Source: a virus
Virus record (IMG/VR): IMGVR_UViG_3300044701_003269
Coordinates: 1-64,000 of that record
DNA: 64,000 nt
Reading direction: 5' to 3' (one strand)
In this document: positions 56,129 through 64,000 of the stretch, in pieces
How the letters are laid out: each line of letters begins with the position of its first letter
Position numbering within the stretch: the stretch's first letter is position 1
Position numbers and translations under genes: made by a program
The notes under the pieces: generated by a model
What the model was told of the DNA's origin: nothing
Database searches by the model: none
Seen by the model: the letters and a program-made list of their open reading frames with translations, nothing else

Positions 56129-57403
56129 ATGACGGGAAGTAAGCAAGCAGCAACTACTGATATATTCGAAATAAGTTCCAACTCTGGTGGGGATTCTTTT
56201 GATGTAAGAGCTGGTGCTCCTAGAATTGAATATCGTGAGAGTATGATTGATAATACTATTCGTCTCACTGCAGCAATCGTTGATACGGGACAATCCTCAA
56301 GTTCTGTATCAGAAGCTTTAAAACTTCAAGGTGGCGAAAAAGTTTTGTTTAAATATACCGATGCTGCAGGAAATGTTTTAGATTTTTCTGATGAAAATGC
56401 TTTAAGACTATCAAATAAAAGTCTTGAGATACGGTCATTTAAATCATCAAGTTTTATCGCTCAGGTTGTATCTAAGGAATTTCTTGATAATAAACTTTTA
56501 AAGAACAGAGTTACAAAGAGATATAGTGGAAAGATATCACAGACAGTTGAAAGTATTTTACGAGATGATTTAAAGACTGATAAGGATTTAGATATTAGTG
56601 AAACTCTTAATACTTTTTCTGATTTTGGATTAAGAAAAGAACCTTTTGATGTTATTCTTCAACTCCAACAAATATCAATTCCTACTGTAGGAGGAAAAAC
56701 TGCAGGGTTTTTCTTCTGGCAAACTTCAAAGGGATTTCATTTTAAGTCTGCTGATGAAATTTTTAATGGCACTCCAATTAAAACATATGTTTATAATTTT
56801 AAAAGTGAAAGAGAGGAAGTTCCTGTAGGTTATGATGATAAAATTTTAGATGCAAATTATGTACGAGTTGCAGATGTAGAGAAGCAACTCGACAATAATG
56901 CATTTGGAACAGTTACAGAAACTTTTAACCCTAGTAATTTAGAATTTGCTAAAGAAACTCCATTACTTGCAGAGGGTGCTGGTAAGATTCTAGCAGGCAA
57001 TGATTTGCCAAACTATAGCGATTACACAGGAGAAGCAACAGATTTTTTTGCTACACCAATATCAGTTGGTAATGCATTTGGAACTGGAGATTCTCTGGAG
57101 CAACAACTTGAAAAATCGAAAATAGAAAATGTTAATATCAAAGAAACTTTAGGGCAAGCAATACAAAATTATAGACAAAGATTAAACTTTATGATTGAAG
57201 TTAAAATACCAGGAGATTTTAGTTTAAAGGCAGGTGATATTATACGGTGCGATTTACCAGAATTGAGTTCGAAGACCACTCCGGAATTAAGTCCTTTAGA
57301 TAGTGGCATATATATGATATTAGAGTTATGTCATTACATTTCTCCTACACAAACTTACACTGGATTGGTTTTGGTTAGAGACTCTTTTGGTGTAAAGGCT
57401 TAA
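56129..57403 (+). CDS. Baseplate hub-like protein (gp27-like)
   Basis: IEYRESM, GFFFWQT..GFHFKS, IPGDFSLKAGD, SGIYMI. Confidence 0.6.
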   Translation: MTGSKQAATTDIFEISSNSGGDSFDVRAGAPRIEYRESMIDNTIRLTAAIVDTGQSSSSVSEALKLQGGEKVLFKYTDAAGNVLDFSDENALRLSNKSLEIRSFKSSSFIAQVVSKEFLDNKLLKNRVTKRYSGKISQTVESILRDDLKTDKDLDISETLNTFSDFGLRKEPFDVILQLQQISIPTVGGKTAGFFFWQTSKGFHFKSADEIFNGTPIKTYVYNFKSEREEVPVGYDDKILDANYVRVADVEKQLDNNAFGTVTETFNPSNLEFAKETPLLAEGAGKILAGNDLPNYSDYTGEATDFFATPISVGNAFGTGDSLEQQLEKSKIENVNIKETLGQAIQNYRQRLNFMIEVKIPGDFSLKAGDIIRCDLPELSSKTTPELSPLDSGIYMILELCHYISPTQTYTGLVLVRDSFGVKA

Positions 57404-57414
57404 GGTAAACAACA

Positions 57415-57627
57415 ATGGAAAAATCACTTCAACAACACATTAATGATGACCGCGATGAACTTGATAATCCAAATACAAGTGGCCAACGTCGTCGTCACTT
57501 AGAAGATGAACTTGATGCTCTGGAGCAATATCAAGTTAATCATCCCGATGAAGATAAAGATCCAAACCCATTAGAATTGTATTGTGATACCCATCCAGAT
57601 GCACTTGAATGTAGAGTTTACGAATGA
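57415..57627 (+). CDS. cp12: Calvin cycle inhibitor CP12
   Basis: QRRRHLEDEL...DPNPLELYCDTHPDALECRVYE. Confidence 0.88.
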   Translation: MEKSLQQHINDDRDELDNPNTSGQRRRHLEDELDALEQYQVNHPDEDKDPNPLELYCDTHPDALECRVYE

Positions 57628-60068
57628 CTAGTTATATTAGAGGAACCATACCATCTTCTGTTTTAATAAAAAGATTTATAGGTATCGGCCAAATATCTAC
57701 AGATACCTATGAAAAATATTGTATTCCTGACCGTGGAGGTGAGAAAGGGAAGGATGCAAAAGGTTGGTCTGAAAAATATAAGGTTCGCATGTGTTTTTTG
57801 AATTCTGAGGAAACACCAGATAATGATTTGCTAATAGTAGAAAGAGAAACCAATTTTCCTTCAGGGCAAGCTGCAGTACAAATGTATATGCCACTGGCTC
57901 CTGGCACTAATGTTGAGGTTTATGGGTATTCTTATGGAGAGGGCCCCATTTTTCGATATGTAATGGGTTTTCCAATTACTAATCCCTTATGTGCTTTTGA
58001 AAAAAATAAAGATGGTAAGGATAATAAGGGTTGCAAACCAGTATCTGGATTTATTCCGGGATCAGGGCAATTCACAAGAGTTCCCTCATCCAATATTGAT
58101 GGTTCCGATATTGTAAACTTAGCAGGTGCTGGAGCAGATTGTAAATTCTCACAATCCGATAAAGATCTTGATAAACTAAAAGCGAATTTTTTTGTTCCCC
58201 CTGCTTGTAAACCTTTTGACAGCAGCGCGATTAATAGCACAATTAAAAATCTAAAGAAAGATATTGAAGGACTAAAAGAAAGAATTAATGGACCAGATAG
58301 TGCTTTGTCTGATGCAGAAACTTTTCTAAGAGAAAAGCAAGCAATTATTGATGGTTTTGCTGATAAAATAACAGGATATATTAAGTGGTTAGTTGGATTT
58401 ATAAAAGAGATTGTAACTAGAGGGGTTAATTGGGCTGTAAATAAAGCAAAAGCAGCAGCGTTTTTAAATCAAAGGATACCTTTACAAGAGAAGAAAGCAA
58501 AAGCAATAGATTTAATTCTCTGTTTGTTTAATAAAATTATTGATAACCTAGCTAAGATAGTTGCAGACTTCTTGAAGTCTGCAGTTGATCGTTATGTCAA
58601 CGTAGCAGCATGTGCTATTGAAAAGTTTCTTACCGAACTAGTCGGACAAATTATCGGACAAATACTAGGGGCAGTAAGTGGAATCATTAGTGCTGTTCTT
58701 GGAGCTATTAGTGCAGTTAAGGGATTAATTAATTCTATTCTTGATTCAATTTCATCTCTTTTAGATTTTCTTACTTGTGATGTAGTAGCAGAGTGTGCTG
58801 AAGTTACTGAGTGGAGCCCACTTGAAGGTGCAAAATCATCTGCTGTTTCTTTGAATGTTGGTGGAATTATAAATTCTGCCAAATCTGTTATTTCTTCTTT
58901 TGATTCCATTGCATCATCAATCAACCCTAGTAATTTTAATTTAAATATTGATATCAATTCATTAATTTCGGATGTTGCAGATTCTTGTAATGTTGGACCA
59001 TTATTATGCGGACCTCCGAGTATCAACTTCCTCGGAGGAGGTGGAGGGCAAGGAGCATCTGCAAATGCTGTAATAGGTGCTGCTGGTGAAATTTTGGGTA
59101 TTGATGTAGTCGGAACGGGATTCGGATATACAAGAGCACCTATTGTAAGTATCGAAGATTCTTGTGGAAGAGGTAGAGGAGCTACTGCTGTTGCGCGGGT
59201 TGGTAGAGTTCCTTATGTTCCACCACCAGGTGGTGGTGAAGGTGAAACAGGTGGTGGAGGAACTGGAACCGGCGGTGGAGGTGCAGGAACTGGAGCGGGA
59301 ACAGGAACAGGTGCCGGAGGTGCGGGAGGCACTGGAACTGGTGCTGGAGGCACTGGGACAGGGACAGGTGGTGCTGGAGGCGCCGGTGGAGGAACTGGGA
59401 CTGGTGAAACTGGTTCAAGACCAAGACCTGGAGATATTGTTGATGGTATTATAGATGTTATAATAATTGAAAATGGATTTGGTTATCTACAAAAACCAGA
59501 TGGTAGTTTGGGAGGAGATGGAAGAACATGGGCTGACAGATGTAGAACAAAAGTTAGAAGAGACAATGGAGTTTGGGAGTTCCCATATAATCCAGGAGAA
59601 ACGGTGGAGATACGGGTTGGTGATTTAGTTCAATTTCCTGGAGATACTGCTTTCACTGCAACAGAAAATTCTTCAATAACTGCACCACCTTGCCCTCCTG
59701 AAGATGCAGTTGTTAAAGATCCATCATCTTCAAATGGAACTTTCCCTGTTGTATTGGAACTTGTTGATACTGAAATTTTAGATCCTGGATTTGGTTTTGT
59801 AGATGGAGAACCTATCACTGTCACTCCAAGTAATGGCGCAGAATTAGTTCCAAAGATAGGCAATAACGGACAAATCACAGGTATCGATGTTGTTAGAACT
59901 GGTATTGGTTTTACTGCCATCCCTGAAATCAATATAGATAGTCTGAATGGTTATAATGCAGTTATTAGACCAGTGTTTAAAGTTGTTAAAGGTGAAAGTG
60001 TGAGAAGACTGAGAGAAAGAGGTGTGTTGACTGTTGATGTAGTTGATTGTGTAGGAAAACCATTATGA
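57624..60068 (+). CDS. gp5-like baseplate hub/spike protein
   Basis: OB-like N-terminus, helical middle, repeated GxGYT..P modules; position. Confidence 0.6.
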   Translation: MTSYIRGTIPSSVLIKRFIGIGQISTDTYEKYCIPDRGGEKGKDAKGWSEKYKVRMCFLNSEETPDNDLLIVERETNFPSGQAAVQMYMPLAPGTNVEVYGYSYGEGPIFRYVMGFPITNPLCAFEKNKDGKDNKGCKPVSGFIPGSGQFTRVPSSNIDGSDIVNLAGAGADCKFSQSDKDLDKLKANFFVPPACKPFDSSAINSTIKNLKKDIEGLKERINGPDSALSDAETFLREKQAIIDGFADKITGYIKWLVGFIKEIVTRGVNWAVNKAKAAAFLNQRIPLQEKKAKAIDLILCLFNKIIDNLAKIVADFLKSAVDRYVNVAACAIEKFLTELVGQIIGQILGAVSGIISAVLGAISAVKGLINSILDSISSLLDFLTCDVVAECAEVTEWSPLEGAKSSAVSLNVGGIINSAKSVISSFDSIASSINPSNFNLNIDINSLISDVADSCNVGPLLCGPPSINFLGGGGGQGASANAVIGAAGEILGIDVVGTGFGYTRAPIVSIEDSCGRGRGATAVARVGRVPYVPPPGGGEGETGGGGTGTGGGGAGTGAGTGTGAGGAGGTGTGAGGTGTGTGGAGGAGGGTGTGETGSRPRPGDIVDGIIDVIIIENGFGYLQKPDGSLGGDGRTWADRCRTKVRRDNGVWEFPYNPGETVEIRVGDLVQFPGDTAFTATENSSITAPPCPPEDAVVKDPSSSNGTFPVVLELVDTEILDPGFGFVDGEPITVTPSNGAELVPKIGNNGQITGIDVVRTGIGFTAIPEINIDSLNGYNAVIRPVFKVVKGESVRRLRERGVLTVDVVDCVGKPL
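59229..59415 (+). repeat. Low-complexity Gly/Thr/Ala (GGTGTG) linker
   Basis: Degenerate GGAACTGG/GGTGCTGG repeats within the gp5-like ORF. Confidence 0.75.
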
Positions 60069-60676
60069 CAGATACAAAAGTAAGTTGGGATTTTTCTCGT
60101 ATAGGAACAACTCAAGGTGAATTAAGATTTGGTGACGTTGCCCTTGATGGAACAAAACTTGCGGTGCTTCTTCGCAATGTAAATCCATCAAAATCAACAG
60201 ATCATTTAATGTCATTTATTAATTCTGGAAAGTTTAATGGATCTACCTTGAATGTATGCCCCAGTGCATATCAAATTATTTGTGGAAAGACCCCGGTAGA
60301 TGGAGTTTCCTTCGTGACATATGCAGAAAATGGTGATATGATTATTGGGGCTCCGAATGGTAGAATTAGAATATTTGCAAAAGATATTGAATTAACTTCA
60401 ACAGGTAGTAGCAATTCAACTGGATTTATTCAGATGAATGCAAACGGGGGCATTGAAATCAACTCAAGATCAAATATTAATATTCAGACACCTACTAATA
60501 TTAACGTTACTGCAGAGAAGCAAATTTTAATTGCATCTCCGGGAGAAGTTAAAGTTAGAGGCCCTGGAGGTTGGAGAGCCCCTGTTGATTTTTGTTTTGG
60601 ACCCATTGTTGGAGGAACAACCACATTACAATTTCTTGATGGACTTAAAAAATTAATTGGTAGTATAGGAGGTTGA
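60065..60676 (+). CDS. Spike beta-helix-like protein
   Basis: AENGDMII...RIRIFAKDIEL short beta repeats. Confidence 0.5.
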   Translation: MTDTKVSWDFSRIGTTQGELRFGDVALDGTKLAVLLRNVNPSKSTDHLMSFINSGKFNGSTLNVCPSAYQIICGKTPVDGVSFVTYAENGDMIIGAPNGRIRIFAKDIELTSTGSSNSTGFIQMNANGGIEINSRSNINIQTPTNINVTAEKQILIASPGEVKVRGPGGWRAPVDFCFGPIVGGTTTLQFLDGLKKLIGSIGG

Positions 60677-60677
60677 T

Positions 60678-61757
60678 ATGGCAGATTTTGGTGAACTTTT
60701 AGTTGGCGGACAGTTTCAGGTAACTGCAGGTCTTCCCGGAGGTCTTCCAGGACCTCCCCCAACAGTATTTGGAGGTAGTGCTGCAGGACCTCCAGTAAAT
60801 GGTAGTGCTTGGATTGAAGGACCTATGTTGATTGGTTCTCCAATTGCATATCCATTACCTAGGCCAGCAGCAACTTTTATGTTAGGTAGAACACAAAACT
60901 ATCTAGCACCAGAATTAAAGGGTTTACCAATACTAGCAATTACAAGTAGGGGGTTTGCACCTACTCCAACTGACTTATTGATCGGAGATCCTGCTGGTAT
61001 TGTTGGAATATCGATTAATTCATCAACTATCACTGTAACTAATAAAACAACAATTGGTATTTTTTCCAAAAATCTTACTGGAGTAATTCCAAAAGTAAAT
61101 TTGGTTGGTAAAAAATTAGGTATAATAGCAAAAACAACTGTTACTGGTAAGACCTCAATTATAGGAGTAACTAAAGTTACGCCAAAATTAGCTGTTTTGG
61201 GTAAGGCAAATATTAATGGTAGTTTAAGAGTTGCTGGGAAAATATCCAGCCCTACAATTGCAGAATTAAGAGCAAAAATTGCAACTAAAAAGACTAGACC
61301 ATTTGATATGCCACACCCCAATAAAAAAGGGTGGAGATTGCGCCACGTTTGTATAGAAGGACCAGAAATTGCAGTTTATTGTAGAGGAAAAGTTCCCGAG
61401 GATGGTATTATTAATCTTCCATCTTTCTGGGAAGGTCTTGTAAATGTTGAAGATATGTCTATTAATATAACTCCTCTTGGATGTTGGCAAGAACTTTTTG
61501 TTAAAGAGGTATTATGGGGTAAGCAAGTTGTAGTTCGCAATAATGCAGGTGGTCCTATTAATGCAGACTATCATATTGTAGCCCGTCGCATAGACGATGA
61601 CCTGATAGTTGAATATGAGGGAGAATCCCACGAAGACTATCCGGGTGGTAATGAAGATTATTCTTTTGATTTTGAGAGTAATTATGTTGAAAACTTAATT
61701 AAAGATACTGTTCGTAGTCATATTGACAGTAAACTGCAAATCGCTGATACAAAATAA
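60678..61757 (+). CDS. Tail spike/fibre protein with C-terminal chaperone-like domain
   Basis: FDMPHPNKKGWRLRHVCIEGPE.AVY.RG...LP..W. Confidence 0.55.
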   Translation: MADFGELLVGGQFQVTAGLPGGLPGPPPTVFGGSAAGPPVNGSAWIEGPMLIGSPIAYPLPRPAATFMLGRTQNYLAPELKGLPILAITSRGFAPTPTDLLIGDPAGIVGISINSSTITVTNKTTIGIFSKNLTGVIPKVNLVGKKLGIIAKTTVTGKTSIIGVTKVTPKLAVLGKANINGSLRVAGKISSPTIAELRAKIATKKTRPFDMPHPNKKGWRLRHVCIEGPEIAVYCRGKVPEDGIINLPSFWEGLVNVEDMSINITPLGCWQELFVKEVLWGKQVVVRNNAGGPINADYHIVARRIDDDLIVEYEGESHEDYPGGNEDYSFDFESNYVENLIKDTVRSHIDSKLQIADTK

Positions 61758-61778
61758 ATATTCTAAAGATTTATAAAA

Positions 61779-63173
61779 ATGGATCCCAGATATTATAAAA
61801 TTCTTAATGATACTTTCAGAACGAATTTAGATGAATCGAACACGGCAATTGAAGAAACTCTAGAATCAATCATTGAGTTGGATGGTTCTAAGGCTCCCTA
61901 TGATGACATTATTTTATCTCTTGATGCAGATATTTTCAATGAAGTAGGAAATGTAAATTCAAAAATTATTGATGTTGCATCTGCATATCAAGATAGGATT
62001 AATGTTGGTTGTAGGACTGATGTATTTTGGAGAGTAACTGGGGTTGCGGGAACTGTTTATACGCTAGTTGCAACCAAATTGTCTCTTGCTGGTTATGCAG
62101 GAACCCTTCCAACAGTAGAATACTTTGATGGAAGCACAATCACATCTTATGATAATTTTGATATTTTTGGATTTGATTCAGAACCGGCATATGGAATCAA
62201 ATATTATGACGAACCACTGACAGAAGACCTTGAAGATACTTTTGTTACAAGTTTTACTGGTATTATTGAGTCGGGATCATCCGAATTAATTACACTATCT
62301 CCTGTAGGGTCTTCCTCAACAATTGGTATTTCCACATCTTCGGGCCAATTAGTCATCTCTTCAAAACAAGATGTTTTACCATCTTCAAGTAATATTATAG
62401 GTATTGGAACCACTACTCTATCGAGATCTATTCTAGGAATATCTACAGAAACTCCTGTCACAACTCTGACACTTGACTCCATTGCAATTGGTGATGCATC
62501 CGCTCCAGAATCTGATGGATCTTATGTTACTTTTACCGTCCTTTCTTCAGTATCAGATCTTAATATTGAATATTATGATTTACTTTCAGAAAAGGACCCA
62601 TCTATTCCACAAATTATTGGCATTATTACTTCTGGCAATCTAGGTATAGGTGTTTCAATTCAATATGATAATTCTGGATTTGAACCAAATGTTATTGCTT
62701 GGAATCCTGATGCTTTTGATCCTGATGCATTTGATGAAGAAAACCCCACCGTCACTACTTCTGAACCTGAAGTTGGTGCTGGTAATTTTTATTTCCCAGT
62801 AGGATTTTCTTCTTATCCAATTACTTTAAGTGGTGAAAGAGTTTCGGTTGGATTTGTGACAACTGTAAATATTAGTCAAATTGCAGGTATTCTTTCGTCA
62901 ACATCGCCTTGTCCCACTCAAGAAACTAATTTAACTAATGCAATCAATACATTAAACATTGCGAAGTCTGATATTGCATCTGGTATCAGCACTCTCAATT
63001 ATAAAATTGATGTGTCAAATACTTTTAGAGAACAACGCAAGGAAATTCAATCCGAAATTTGGACTCTAAGACAGCAAATTGCAGAATTCCGTGCAGATAT
63101 TATTAAATTTGATAAGGCCCTTAACTTCCTTGGCGTGTCAACGGTGACTGATATAATCTTAGAAACCCCTTGA
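61779..63173 (+). CDS. Putative virion structural protein
   Basis: Ser/Thr/Ile-rich with terminal coiled coils; ATAAATA upstream. Confidence 0.55.
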   Translation: MDPRYYKILNDTFRTNLDESNTAIEETLESIIELDGSKAPYDDIILSLDADIFNEVGNVNSKIIDVASAYQDRINVGCRTDVFWRVTGVAGTVYTLVATKLSLAGYAGTLPTVEYFDGSTITSYDNFDIFGFDSEPAYGIKYYDEPLTEDLEDTFVTSFTGIIESGSSELITLSPVGSSSTIGISTSSGQLVISSKQDVLPSSSNIIGIGTTTLSRSILGISTETPVTTLTLDSIAIGDASAPESDGSYVTFTVLSSVSDLNIEYYDLLSEKDPSIPQIIGIITSGNLGIGVSIQYDNSGFEPNVIAWNPDAFDPDAFDEENPTVTTSEPEVGAGNFYFPVGFSSYPITLSGERVSVGFVTTVNISQIAGILSSTSPCPTQETNLTNAINTLNIAKSDIASGISTLNYKIDVSNTFREQRKEIQSEIWTLRQQIAEFRADIIKFDKALNFLGVSTVTDIILETP

Positions 63174-63223
63174 CACCGACCCCTGACGGTGGTATGATAC
63201 TTGGGTAATCAACGGATGACCTA

Positions 63224-63406
63224 ATGCAAGACGAGTATCTCTCACGCTGCGTGGTGGACCCTATCAAGCGTACAGTGTATTTGTATTCCAATGAAGGGTC
63301 AGAGAAAGAAGTGGTATGCGATACCGTGGATGAGTTTATGAACGTGTTAGAGTTTGTTCGTGCTACAGTGGATGCAGAGACTCTCTCATACGCAAATCCA
63401 CTTTAG
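63224..63406 (+). CDS. Hypothetical protein
   Basis: Behind a TTGACA-N17-TATGAT promoter at 63170. Confidence 0.6.
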   Translation: MQDEYLSRCVVDPIKRTVYLYSNEGSEKEVVCDTVDEFMNVLEFVRATVDAETLSYANPL

Positions 63407-63497
63407 CTTCCATTTTTGGTCGGAAAAAATCTTCCGGCAAATCAATCTTATTAGATTTTTTAGGTGGAATATTTATCCCCCATAAATAATAATAGAT

Positions 63498-63926
63498 ATG
63501 AATAAACTTATGGATGATTTTAGTTGGTTAGTGGGAATTTTTGAAGGAGAAGGATGGTTCGGACTTAAAAAAAGAACATCTAAAATTCAAAACAAAACTT
63601 ATATCTACTATTATCCTCATATGTCTATTACTATGACGGATGAAGACATCATTAAACGTTTGAGTTCTATTCTAAAACACGAACACTATAGAACTTTCAC
63701 TCCTTCCGGAAAAAACGTAAAGGGTGAAAACTATAAAACAGCACATCGTTTATCAATCTGTGGACCTAAAGCAATGTATATTGCTGAAAAAATGGAACCT
63801 TTCTTATCTGAAAGAAGAAAGGAACAAATTAAATATGCTCGTGAAAATCAATCACGAAAAACAACATATAAAGAAGGATATACTCCGGTAGTTAAAAAAC
63901 AAACAAATTATGGTTTAATGTTTTAA
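63498..63926 (+). mobile_element. Free-standing single-motif LAGLIDADG homing endonuclease
   Basis: WLVGIFEGEGWF, ITMTDEDII, PFLSERRKEQ; ATAAATA upstream. Confidence 0.75.
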
Positions 63927-63928
63927 AA

Positions 63929-64000
63929 ATGAGACCAGAAACAAGAGAATCGATGGAAATGCTGTTCGCAGCAAAATGGAATGTACCAACGGCAGCAAAG
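63929..64000 (+). CDS. Hypothetical protein, truncated by window end
   Basis: MRPETRESMEMLF... open to the end. Confidence 0.5.
   Translation, partial: MRPETRESMEMLFAAKWNVPTAAK

Noticed and set aside
59229-59415. Collagen-like or diversity-generating repeat
   Set aside because: Not Gly-X-Y periodic, and no template/variable repeat pair or reverse transcriptase; a simple flexible linker.

Overview
64 kb of a T4-like cyanophage (cyanomyovirus) genome, probably from a freshwater Synechococcus/Cyanobium-type host (inference from gene content). Left to right: late head/structural genes; gp61 primase and nrdAB; an inserted subtilase; denA-like endonuclease; a signal-peptide lysozyme; 10 tRNAs with dps and an orphan Phd/YefM-like gene; a wcaG/manA-type structured RNA; a ~9.3 kb glycan/heptose-like island; porin and pstS with a Pho box; hli/petF/peroxiredoxin; a lysis cassette; psbA-psbD; class II aldolase, glutaredoxin, speD and a HiPIP; an NtcA site with a tandem glutamine riboswitch and YRG-peptide operon; thyX, phoH, exonuclease, gp33, gp59, gp32; then baseplate/tail genes with cp12 and a LAGLIDADG endonuclease. 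Strongest non-obvious signals: (1) an A_AAA_AAG slippery site plus H-type pseudoknot that should fuse a C39-like peptidase to a GH24 lysozyme by -1 frameshifting; (2) a second -1 site (T_TTT_TTC plus hairpin) joining gp26 to gp51; (3) a HiPIP whose Tat signal is replaced by a T4-like capsid-targeting sequence; (4) a gifB-like nitrogen-sensing module. All product calls come from motif recognition by eye; no database searches were run.
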